A stretch of 64,000 bases of DNA from the human T2T-CHM13v2.0 reference genome, Homo sapiens. The number at the start of each line of letters is the position of its first letter. Position 1 is the stretch's first letter. This document shows, one piece after another, positions 13,384-24,056 of this stretch. Location of the stretch: the NCBI RefSeq assembly GCF_009914755.1, contig NC_060944.1, one strand, 5' to 3'. Position numbers and translations under genes: made by a program. The notes below the pieces were generated by a model. The model made no database searches. It was not told the origin of the DNA and saw only the letters and a program-made list of their open reading frames with translations.

Positions 13384-13794
13384 TACTCAGTTCTGCTGAG
13401 TTGTAGCTTGAAAGCAGCCATAGACAATATGTAAACAAATGGACATAACTGTGTTTGAATAAAACTTTATTTATAAAAACAAGCAGCTGGCCTGACCACT
13501 GTTTGCTGGCCCATGTTCTAGGAATAAAACATTCCTATCTGATGAACCATGTTCTAAGTTTAGTGTGGTCTGCATGATTATAAAATATTGCCTTCCTTTT
13601 ACTGTTTGGGAGGAGTTATTTTTTCCTTGTGACTGTTTATCTGGGTAATGTTTTTCTCCCCTGGGCTTTGACATTGTGCACTGGTTAGCTGCTGGGAATA
13701 AATTAGCCAAAGAACCACTTAACATAGCTAAAGGAGGGCAAAGATAAATGCAGAACATAATTCATTTTTCTTTTCTCCTCCCACCTCAAACTAG

Positions 13795-13853
13795 GATTCT
13801 GCATGTTTGTACTGAGTCTGGTCAAGAAGCATTATCGACTGCAGTTCTACATG
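13795..13853 (+). CDS. CDS2: CDS2 exon 6 (FCMFVLSLVKKHYRLQFYM)
   Basis: ctag acceptor, gtaaag donor; 59 nt. Confidence 0.96.
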
Positions 13854-14468
13854 GTAAAGGAAATGCATGCGTGTGTGTCAGAATTCTTGATTTAAATGAA
13901 GTTTTTCAGGAACTCAACAAGCCTTTCATGCTTTCTGTGACAAATCAAAACTCAGGAACATGGTCTGATATGTATGCATCTAGAGCATGAAGGAAGAATG
14001 CCCATTTAGGTTTAATGGCTCTACGTTGACTTAGACCCAGTCACTGTTACTTACACCTTAAGCAGCCTCTCCACTAGGACCCTGAGGTGGGCTCCAGAGA
14101 AGGCACAAGCTGAAGCTTCAGACACTGCCCACAGATGTCCTGTCTGGTACATCACTTGCTACCACTTATTCCCTGACTCACTAGAGAACAGCTCCTCTCT
14201 GAGTGCTCCAGGTGCTCAATAACTACTAAGAAAATGAAAAATACCCAGGCTTTCAGAGCATGGGAGAGCTCACTCACTAGTGGGCTGTGGGGGACAAAGT
14301 ATTACTCTCAGAAGCCTGATCTTACCTGTTCACTTTCAATAAGTCAGATACAAAAGCAGATATTTTTCCTACCTGCTTCTCAGCAGTTTTCTATTTGGTA
14401 TTGATTGTTCTTTGAAGTTACTTTCAAGGTAAACTGGTAAGTAGTGTTTATTTTTCTTTTTTTTGCAG

Positions 14469-14551
14469 TTTGGCTGGACCCATGTGACATTGCTGATTGT
14501 TGTAACACAGTCACATCTTGTTATCCACAACCTATTTGAAGGAATGATCTG
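14469..14551 (+). CDS. CDS2: CDS2 exon 7 ([28 protein letters not shown])
   Basis: ttttgcag acceptor, gtgaga donor; 83 nt. Confidence 0.97.
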
Positions 14552-14623
14552 GTGAGAATTGGGAGTTGGATTTTCCCTTTTATTTTGTGAGTGTTTCTCG
14601 TGTACAGATACCCCCCTCTAAGC

Positions 14624-14807
14624 CAGTGGCCCTCACCTTGAGCCACATCAGAATCCTCTGCAGGGTTCATTATAGCACAGATTGCTGGACCCCACCCCTG
14701 ACTTTTTGATTCATTAGATCTGGGGTAGGCTTGAGAATTTGAATTTCTAGTACATTCCTGGGTGGTGCTTATATTGCTGGACAGGACCTATGCTCTGAGA
14801 ACCACTG
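14624..14807. mobile_element. MER5A-like hAT MITE
   Basis: cagtgg...gagaaccactg termini, typical internal sequence. Confidence 0.75.
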
Positions 14808-14849
14808 TTCTAGACTAATAGGTACAGGAATATTTAAAGACTCAAAGAC

Positions 14850-15220
14850 AATGCAACATGTATGGCAACAGATTTGAAAACCTAGAGGAAATATTCATGA
14901 TTTCCTGACAAAATATATACTAAAAGTCATGAAGAAGAAAACGTGAATAGATCAGTAACTGTAAATGAGCTTTGAAAATTATGTAAGATTCCATATCTGG
15001 AAAGAGAAACAGGACCAAATGGGTTAACAGCTGAGTTTTATCTAACCTTTATACCAAAGCCAATGAGGAGAGAGAAGCAGGAATGATAAACCCATTTCTG
15101 CTACGATTATAGATAAATCATTCTAAATAAAATACTAGCAAATAGAATCTGGCAGTGTGTCAAGGGAATAATATGCAAATACCGAGTGGATTTTATTCCA
15201 AAAATGCAGTGGTTTCATGT
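14850..15220 (+). mobile_element. Old L1M ORF2 fragment
   Basis: Degenerate match (ctaaataaaatactagcaaatagaatc, ttattccaaaaatgca). Confidence 0.6.
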
Positions 15221-15284
15221 ATCAGCATTGATAGAAATCACTGGCCAACTGAAGCAGCTAGGTGATCTTAGTGAAAAGGTTAAA

Positions 15285-15593
15285 GGGCGGGCGCGGTGGC
15301 TCACGCCTGTAACCCAACACTTTTGGAGGCCAAGGTAGGCGGATCACGAGGTCAGGAGTTGAAGACCGGCCTGGGCAACATAGTGAAATCCCCGTCTCTA
15401 CTAAAAATACAAAAAAATAGCTGGTGTGGTGGCGTGGCAGGTGCCTGTAATCCTAGCTATTCCGGAGGCTGAGGCAGGAGAATCACTTAACCTGGGGGTG
15501 GAGGTTGCAGTGAGCCGAGATTGTGTCACTGCACTCCAGCCTGGGCAACAGAGACTCTGTCTCAAAAACAAAAACAGAAACAAACAAACAAAC
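15285..15593 (+). mobile_element. AluS
   Basis: Full dimer with (AAAC)-type tail. Confidence 0.95.
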
Positions 15594-16265
15594 CTGTAAT
15601 CAAAGAACTTTTTAAAAAGTGTCAGTGTCAGGGAGTGGAGGGTGAGGAGAGAGAGAACAAGTGTGGAAACCACCTCTTTCATAGTGAGGATGACTGGATC
15701 AGCAGGGGAGTGGGCAGAGGGGAAATCTAGCTGTGCGTGTTGGGGTTTCACACTCAAATACAGTCCTGGGGAAAGATAGGGCCAACTAGAGCTAGTAATA
15801 AACAGCAAGAAAAGTCAGTAAATAATGAAAGAGTCATTAAAGCATACTATTTAGAATTGGGGAGGTAACCACTAGAAAAATAAAAATTAGAAACGATTAG
15901 AAGTGGTTATTTTTGGGAATGGAGATAGGGATGGGAGAAAGAAGGAAAACTTTTTGTTCCTTTTACAATTAAATTTCTCTCATTGTTTACGTATATTTCT
16001 TTATCATGAAAAAAGGACAGATGACCTTTTAGTTTGCAACCTCCACTTATTCAGTAGTCATTCAGTAAACACTTGAATATGTACTCTGTGCTAGGTACTA
16101 GGTATGACTTTTTTGGTATTTTTTATGTTTTTAACTTACTCCTTAATGGGTTACCAGAATTTTATGGGTGATTTTGGTGCTGGAATTTAAGAATGGCACT
16201 ATTTTGTGTACTTTTGAGGTACTGTCACCTTGCTTGAGTTGATCCTTACTTTGGTTCATTTCTAG

Positions 16266-16353
16266 GTTCATTGTCCCCATATCTTGTGTGATCTGTAATG
16301 ACATCATGGCCTATATGTTTGGCTTTTTCTTTGGTCGGACCCCACTCATCAAG
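16266..16353 (+). CDS. CDS2: CDS2 exon 8 ([29 protein letters not shown])
   Basis: tctag acceptor, gtaaat donor; D-x-x-A-Y-x-x-G motif of CTP_transf_1 cytidylyltransferases. Confidence 0.97.
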
Positions 16354-16546
16354 GTAAATGGATTACCCTAATGTGAAATACCACTGTGAGGGGAGGGTGG
16401 TGCTCTCAATGTGAGTAGATCAGCCTGGCAGACAGAAGAAATCTAGCTGTGTTGTATTGTGGCCATGTCTTCATGTCTTCCTGGAGAAAGGCCAAAGGAA
16501 AACACTGACAACTGATTAAAAAAAAAAAAAGATAATAAAGAAAATA

Positions 16547-16848
<302 letters not shown>

Positions 16849-17165
16849 ATATTTTTACAGATTTATATAATCTTTTTTGGGGACACATTTTTTGGGACTT
16901 TGATCTGGATTTGAGTGTAGTCACTTAATTAGTATATCGTTTTCTAATATAAAACTATTCGAATGACTGATTGAAACAGAAAGGGAACCAAAGGGAGGAG
17001 GATATAAGATAGGGAACAAGGAAACCATATTTGGGGGAGCTTTAAAAGGTGACATGGTTAAGAGAATGGGGTTTTATGAAAGAAAGGTTCTTAACAAGTA
17101 ATCATTGTTCGCAAAGCTATAGTTATCAAAACACCCTTTGCTGAGAACTTGCTCTCTGTCCACAG

Positions 17166-17234
17166 CTGTCCCCGAAGAAGACCTGGGAAGGCTTCATTGG
17201 GGGCTTCTTTGCTACTGTGGTGTTTGGCCTTCTG
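17166..17234 (+). CDS. CDS2: CDS2 exon 9 ([23 protein letters not shown])
   Basis: cacag acceptor, gtaggt donor; SPKKTWEG motif conserved in the CdsA/CDS family. Confidence 0.97.
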
Positions 17235-18094
17235 GTAGGTGGTGGCTTTCAGCTGTGTAAGGGATTGGGTGGACAGAGGCCTCATACCACCTTCCAAGGC
17301 CTGTCCAGAGCTGGAGAGTGTCTTTGGAGGCCAGGACTGTCCTGCTGAATGGCAACCTTGCCCTGAAGAGGGCCACTGGCCATGCCAGCCATCCACCAGC
17401 TTTCAGGCAGGGTGCTAGCAGTTGGAGAGCACCTTCTATGCCCTCTCGCGCCCAGGCATGGTGACATCAGCAGGTAGCCTTCTTGTCAGGCATTTGATGT
17501 TCCAAGGTCAGGGTGAGTGCACCCAAGGGAAGATGAGATACACAGCTTTTCTCCTATGTGTGCCTTGCCCAGAGGTGGGTGATTTTCCTGCCCTTTCCAG
17601 AGCACCATTCTCTGCTTCTGACCCTTGGGCCAGTCCTCCTTCTTCAGCACTGTCTGGCTGCCCTTCAGTGCTCACCGCCCAGCTTTGTTGCTTTCCAGCC
17701 TTGTTCCTCCTGAGATCTGCCTCTCACTGTGCCCCTTCCCCATGGCCTCTCTCCAGTTATCACTGACTTCAGAGATCTTGAGGAAAGTGGTCCTAGCTCC
17801 CCAAATGGGGAGAGTCTTCTTGTAGTTCTTTGCCCCAGTCCCTTCAGGTTTTCCCGGATTCTTTCGGGGCCTGGGTGTTTGGGTTCCTGTATGTAACCTT
17901 GGTGGGTCATGAGCCTCTTTTTTTTTTTTTAATTGAGGTAAAATATGTATGGTAAAACATGAACCTCTGAGCACATAGCTCGCAGTTAGCAGGGTACTAG
18001 GCACCCTCAGGAACATGGCCAAACCAGGTGCCTGTGTCTGGGCTGGATGGTTGGAACTTACTTCCTTGCCGGTCTCTCTGTTATTCCTCCTCAG

Positions 18095-18247
18095 CTGTCC
18101 TATGTGATGTCCGGGTACAGATGCTTTGTCTGCCCTGTGGAGTACAACAATGACACCAACAGCTTCACTGTGGACTGTGAGCCCTCGGACCTGTTTCGCC
18201 TGCAGGAGTACAACATTCCTGGGGTGATCCAGTCAGTCATTGGCTGG
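18095..18247 (+). CDS. CDS2: CDS2 exon 10 (LSYVMSGYRCFVCPVEYNNDTN...VIQSVIGW)
   Basis: tcag acceptor, gtatgt donor; 153 nt. Confidence 0.97.
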
Positions 18248-19007
18248 GTATGTGCCACTCACAGGGGGTGAGCGGCCTCCATGGACAGTGGCTACAAAGA
18301 GAGATCCCCCTCCATCACCTGCCCTCTGAAAAAAGCTAGCTTCCTCCTTCCCAAAGCTGTAAGCCCCAGGATGAAGGAGAATTGCTCACGCCAGGTCAGG
18401 GTATGGGCAGGACAGCTTTCCCCCAACATCAGATTGTTTAGACCAGTGGTTTTCAAAGTGTGTTCTGTGGATCCCTGGAGGGCCCTGGGATCCTTTTAGT
18501 TGCGGGGGTAGGGTGGGGGGGTCTGTGAGGTCACAACTGTTTCATAATTAGACTATGACATTATTTTCCTTTTTCAATGTGTTGACATTTGCTGTGATAC
18601 GGCGCAAAAGCAGCAGTGGTTAAAACTGCGTTAAGGCAGTGGGTTCCTCATGCCACACACTCACAGTACAAACAGGCCAGTTCTAATGAATGTCTATGAA
18701 ATAGTAAAGTTACTAATTTTGTTAAATCTTGACCTTTGTACACACACCTTTTTAACACTCTCTACTGAAATGGAAAGTATGTGTAAAACATTTCTGCTAA
18801 GTACTGTAGTACAGTGCTTGCCTAAAGGGAAAGCATGTGTGCAGTTGTTTGAGTTGTGAGCTAAATTAGCTGCTTTTTTTTTAGAAAAGAAAGTAAATTT
18901 TACTTGGAAAGAACCAACAAATTATAATTTTTCAGACTTGGGTATTTGGCAGACATTTTTCTTGAAAAGGATGAAGTGAGCCTATCACTTTAAAGAAAAC
19001 AACTGAG

Positions 19008-19313
<306 letters not shown>

Positions 19314-19463
19314 AATGACTGACAGTAATTGTTACCAAGGATAAAATTTGGCTTTCAAATGAAAATTAGAATTTTGGAAAGCTTAACCTGCCACTGTGAA
19401 CTTGACAGCTTCCTAATACTTAAAAGCCTTTTCTGATGAGGTCTGTGATGATTCTTAACGTAC

Positions 19464-19489
19464 GTGTGTGTGTGTGTGTGTGTGTGTGT
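19464..19489. repeat. (GT)n microsatellite
   Basis: Direct reading. Confidence 0.95.
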
Positions 19490-20009
19490 TGATCACATGA
19501 GAAAAAACACAAACATATTTGACACGGTATAATGAAATGTGTCTACATTTGGAAGATTTACATAACTCAGTGAACCATTATTTTCTAAATGGCTGATGCA
19601 TGGTGTTATATAGTCATGCATGGGTAAAAGATCCGTTCAAGTATAAGATAGACCAATGGATTTTAATGTAAGAGAGAACAAAGTCCATTGATAGAATTCT
19701 AGATTCCATATCACACCTAATATTCAAGAAATGACTACTTGTCAAGCTCTGGTGTAGTGTCAGAGAATACCCAAAACCATCTGAGGCTACGACTAAAATA
19801 CTCTTTTCAACTATGTATCTGCGTACGGCTGGATTTTCTTTATATACTTCCACCAAAACAGCATGTTGCAACAGATTGAATGCAGAATATTTTAATGTTT
19901 TCCATTAACTTAGATATTAGAAATTTACAAAATGGGAAAAATTCACTCCTCTTATTGATTTAAAACCTACATGTATATAATTAGTTTCATAAAGAGTTAC
20001 GAGGTTGGA

Positions 20010-20428
20010 TGTCTTGGTCTGTCTAGTGTTGATAGAACACTTGGGGCTGGGTAATTTACAAAGAAAAGAGGTTTACTTAGCTTCTTTCTGCAGGCTGAGA
20101 AGTGTGAGAAGTGTGGCATTGGCTGCTGCCTGGCTTCTGGTGAGGGCTTTTTATGCTGCATTGTAACATGGCGGAGAAGGTCAAAGGTGGAAGCAGACAC
20201 ATGCAAAGAGGCAAAACCAGGGGCTTCATCACTTCATAACAACCCATTCCCTCGGGATGCCAGTGCTAATCTAGTCTCTTGACAGAACTCACTACTAGGA
20301 GAAAGGCACCAAGCCATTCATGAGGGATTTGCCCCTGTGACCCAAACACCTCCCACTAGGCATCACCTCCCAGTGAGGCCACAATGAGGATCAAATTTCA
20401 ACATGAGTTGACAACTCAAACCGTAACA
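20010..20428. mobile_element. MST/MLT (MaLR) solo LTR
   Basis: ctgggtaatttacaaagaaaagaggttta and caaatttcaacatgag hallmarks. Confidence 0.8.
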
Positions 20429-20474
20429 CTGGGCATGTATGCACCTAAACTTTTACTTCATTTACTCTTCTCAG

Positions 20475-20594
20475 AAAACGGTCCGGATGTACCCCTTCCA
20501 GATTCACAGCATCGCTCTCTCCACCTTTGCCTCGCTCATTGGCCCCTTTGGAGGATTCTTCGCAAGTGGATTCAAACGAGCCTTTAAAATCAAA
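20475..20594 (+). CDS. CDS2: CDS2 exon 11 ([12 protein letters not shown]...[15 protein letters not shown])
   Basis: tcag acceptor, gtagga donor; first half of the S-x-x-K-R-x4-K-D signature. Confidence 0.97.
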
Positions 20595-20826
20595 GTAGGA
20601 AAACCGTCTTACGTTCCTCTCATCTCACTCCCTCACCCATCTTCTGCCTTTCTCCCCCTTCCCTGCCCCCTCCAAAATACTAGGCTGTACACCCTGGCAT
20701 TTAATGTGTGATCTTGACCCATGCACTGAATTTAGGTGAGTTAATTAATAACAATATTTTCAGGAAAATGCAATCGTTGTTTTTCAGTTTATTTGTTAAT
20801 ATATCTTTCTTCAAAAGAACATTTTG

Positions 20827-20958
20827 GGCCAGGCAGTGGCTCATGTCTGTAACCCCAGCACTTTAAGAGGCCAAGGCGGGAGGATCACTTGAGGCTAGGA
20901 GTTAGAAAGTAGCCTGAGCAACATAGCAAGACTCCTGTCTTTATTAAGTAAATGAAAT
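20827..20958 (+). mobile_element. FLAM-type Alu monomer
   Basis: Single left arm; TSD aagaacattttg. Confidence 0.85.
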
Positions 20959-21142
20959 AAGAACATTTTGTAATGCAATAAAATTGTGTCCTAATATAGC
21001 CTCACCATTAGATTTCATACTTCTCACCTTCTATTGCCCTCAGCTACTCAGCACAGAAGCCTGACATTGGGGTGGGACCATTAGGCTGGGATTGGTTAGT
21101 GGCTGAGCCCAAGTTCACCCATCCTTCCCCTGCCGCTAACAG

Positions 21143-21246
21143 GACTTTGCCAATACCATTCCTGGCCATGGAGGCATCATGGATCGCTTTGACTGCCAGT
21201 ATCTGATGGCCACCTTTGTCAATGTATACATCGCCAGTTTTATCAG
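21143..21246 (+). CDS. CDS2: CDS2 exon 12 ([35 protein letters not shown])
   Basis: aacag acceptor, gtatag donor; catalytic PGHGGxxDRxD motif. Confidence 0.97.
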
Positions 21247-21509
21247 GTATAGTACCTTTCCATCTGAACCAAGTTGGTGGATTTTTAAGTACGGTGCAAT
21301 TCTAGAATTTTAGCGGCATCTAAGTTCCAGTGAAAAGCATCCCAAATAATGCAGTTTTCAGTTGTTTCTGCTTACAGATTTTCTGAGGCCTCCTGTCATC
21401 TGTTAATAGATAACTCTCTGATCCAGAGATCAGAGCAGCCACTCAGATAATCAGGCCCTGGAAGCTTCCGGGCCCTAGCTCAGTGCTGTTTCTTCACATT
21501 CTGTTCCAG

Positions 21510-21642
21510 AGGCCCTAACCCAAGCAAACTGATTCAGCAGTTCCTGACTTTACGGCCAGATCAGCAGCTCCACATCTTCAACACGCTGCGGTCTCATCTG
21601 ATCGACAAAGGGATGCTGACATCCACCACAGAGGACGAGTAG
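21510..21642 (+). CDS. CDS2: CDS2 last coding exon (GPNPSKLIQQFLTL...STTEDE*)
   Basis: ccag acceptor; TAG at 21640-21642; total spliced CDS in window 1281 nt with no frameshift. Confidence 0.97.
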
Positions 21643-22727
21643 GGGCCACCCAGGGCCAGGAGAACAGGAACAGAACTGAGCAGGGGCAGGTCTCCAAGGC
21701 AAGCCCAGCTGGTGTGACTTAGACAATGACGAGGCTTCAACTCACTGTCTTTTTTTTTTTTTTTTGGAGGGTATTTTTTATTTGTGGGTTCAAAAAATCT
21801 GTATATACAGTCTATGTGTTTAGAATTTGTGTTGTAAGTAAACTACAGCTTTGAGTTGGAAAGAAGTCACGGGTTGTAAAACCATTTGGATTTTTTTAAA
21901 ACAAAAGTATTAATAATCTGGAAGACAGTGTTGCCCAGGTCAGGAGTGTTTTCTTGGTGGTTCCAGCCCCCATCAATTGAACTGTTTCTGGGCTCAGTCA
22001 GACACAGACATTCATCTGTGTCTGACCAAATCAGGGGACTTCCCCACCTGTGGTGGGAGGCACAGCTTAGATGTTTTGTACACCTGGTCTTTTCTAGAAA
22101 TCCCTGCTTGGAGCTGCAGAAGGGTTGCCTTCTGTAGGTCGGAGGAATGGAGGCTTACTAACCAGGTAAGCCTTCTATGCATCCACACCAAAATCCTGCA
22201 GAATGTAAGTAAGCTCTGCTTTATAAGATGGGTTCACCTTCATCGCAGACTGAAAGTTTCAGTTTTTATTTTTTTCAGAAAGCACGAAAAATTATTTATA
22301 ATAGTCTGGAGAAAAAACACACTGTAATATTTCAAGTGTATGCAGTAGAATGTACTGTAACTGAGCCCTTTCCCACATGTCTAGGCTCCAATGTCTCCTG
22401 TAGGTCCACCTAACTGTGTGTTTTCAGGGACAATGCCATCCATGTTTGTGCTGTAGACTTGCTGCTGCTGAATCCTTTCTGGGGACTTTCTCATCGGGCA
22501 GGGAGCAGAGGGCTTCTCGTTCATGCACCCTTTGCCTGAACACCCATGTAGCTGCTGTGTTGTGTATATATTACTCTTAAGAGGAGTGTGTGTGTCTGTG
22601 TTTGTTTTAAAAGTCACTTATTTCTTACAGTGATTTCAATTGCACCATGACTTCTTCACTAAAACCACAAAGTCCTGCTTAAAACTATGGAAAACCTAAC
22701 CTGATTAGAGCCTTGACTATTTTGAAG

Positions 22728-22733
22728 ATTAAA
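22728..22733 (+). terminator. Candidate proximal poly(A) signal ATTAAA
   Basis: ATTAAA followed by T/GT-rich downstream sequence (gtttgtattgt). Confidence 0.4.
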
Positions 22734-24050
22734 TGCACACTTTTTATATAATGTGACCAGTTTAAATGTAGTTTGTATTGTACTGGGGGACCTTTCGTTG
22801 TTGTTGTTTGCTTAAACTGTGATTTTTTTTCCCCTCCCTAATTTCAGGGGTGAGATTGACTTTGGGAAGACAGATTAGTTCTTTGTCAGGCCAACAAGTG
22901 ATGGAGTGCGGGAGAGAGAACTTGGCACCCAAATATATCAAACTATTCCGTGCCGTGGATGTTTTCATTGCCAACGAGGGTGTAATGATTTGCTTCTGCA
23001 CCTTGGTCTAGTGCTGGTTTGTGGTGTTTTTGTTTGTAAATTAGCCTCACTGCCTCCCTGAAAGTGCACAGTCAGCCCAGGTCTCTAGAGTGTCCAGCAG
23101 AGGATGGAGCCCTCGGGATGTTTCAGCTCACACATCCTTGAGTGACTTCCCATATGTGTGTGGGGCTGAAGCGGCTTCTTTCCGCTGAACTTTTATTTCC
23201 ATTTCAGCCTCGTGGCTTCTCTTATTCAGGTCCAAGGCCCCTTAAAAACAAAACATATTATCGCAAGGGCTTTCATTTCAGTATTGGCTGTGTCACTGGC
23301 AGGATGCATCACTCTCCAGGGCCTCTTTTTCGGAGCTACTCCCAATTCCACTCTTCTGTGATTCTGGCTGAGCAAGTTCATGCCGGTAGAGGCTCATTAA
23401 GTGAGGTCCTGGGCACCCCCCAAACAGGAAGTGTTTTCAGGCCCTTACATGCTTATCCTTAAGGTGAGTAGGTATCTCAGCAGCACACCCGAACAGTAAA
23501 GGTGATCAATAACGAAACTGTAGTTTTCAGATTGAAGAATGAACCTGGATCACCAAACTAGATACCGAAAGGGCTCCTCATTTGTCTCTTTTGTCCCATT
23601 GTGGGCATATGGTGGGCTCCTTGAGAGGAGGGAGTCTCAGCTGGGGCCTGGCTGCAGAGACCTGCTCTTGAATAGGGCTGCCTTTGGGATCAGGGAGCCG
23701 AGCATACTGGGCAAGGCTCATCATGTTCCTTTGTGGAAGTGGTTACTTGGTGGGGGTGGGGTGGGGAAGCGGGGTCTAGGAAGCCGAAGCTGAGTGCGCA
23801 CTAGAGCTGCTAGCAGGCAGGCCAGAGGGTCAGCTTGTGTTTTATTTTCTGATTTCTCCTGCATGCTTTCTGGAGATGAGGATTTTTTGTCAGGTAGCTA
23901 GGAGAGCACTGCCACCTTGTGTCCATATAGCACAATGTTTCTCTTTCCTATTCACAGACAAGATTCAAGAAACCATTTTTACGTGTGTACATTCAAATCT
24001 TCATGAATGGCATCACTTGCTTTAGACCCATTTTTTTTTTATTGGTCAGA

Positions 24051-24056
24051 AATAAA
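24051..24056 (+). terminator. Candidate intermediate poly(A) signal AATAAA
   Basis: Upstream T-run and TGTA; downstream tgtgtg/ttgtcgtg. Confidence 0.45.

Larger units (their letters stand above)
11695..13515 (+). mobile_element. MER58A-like hAT DNA transposon split into three pieces by two insertions
   Basis: caggtattggcaaac start, gtttgctggcccatg end; internal agtaaatattttaggcttt and gcagccatagacaat; 8-bp TSD tactagga/ttctagga. Confidence 0.8.

Noticed and set aside
21121-21142. Possible U12-type intron (atcctt...ctaac ag)
   Set aside because: The donor is GTAGGA, not GTATCCTT, and there is no contiguous TCCTTAAC branch site
21640-21717. Possible stop-codon readthrough extension (24 codons)
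   Set aside because: TAG-G context lacks the TGA-CTAG readthrough motif; the extension has no evident signal
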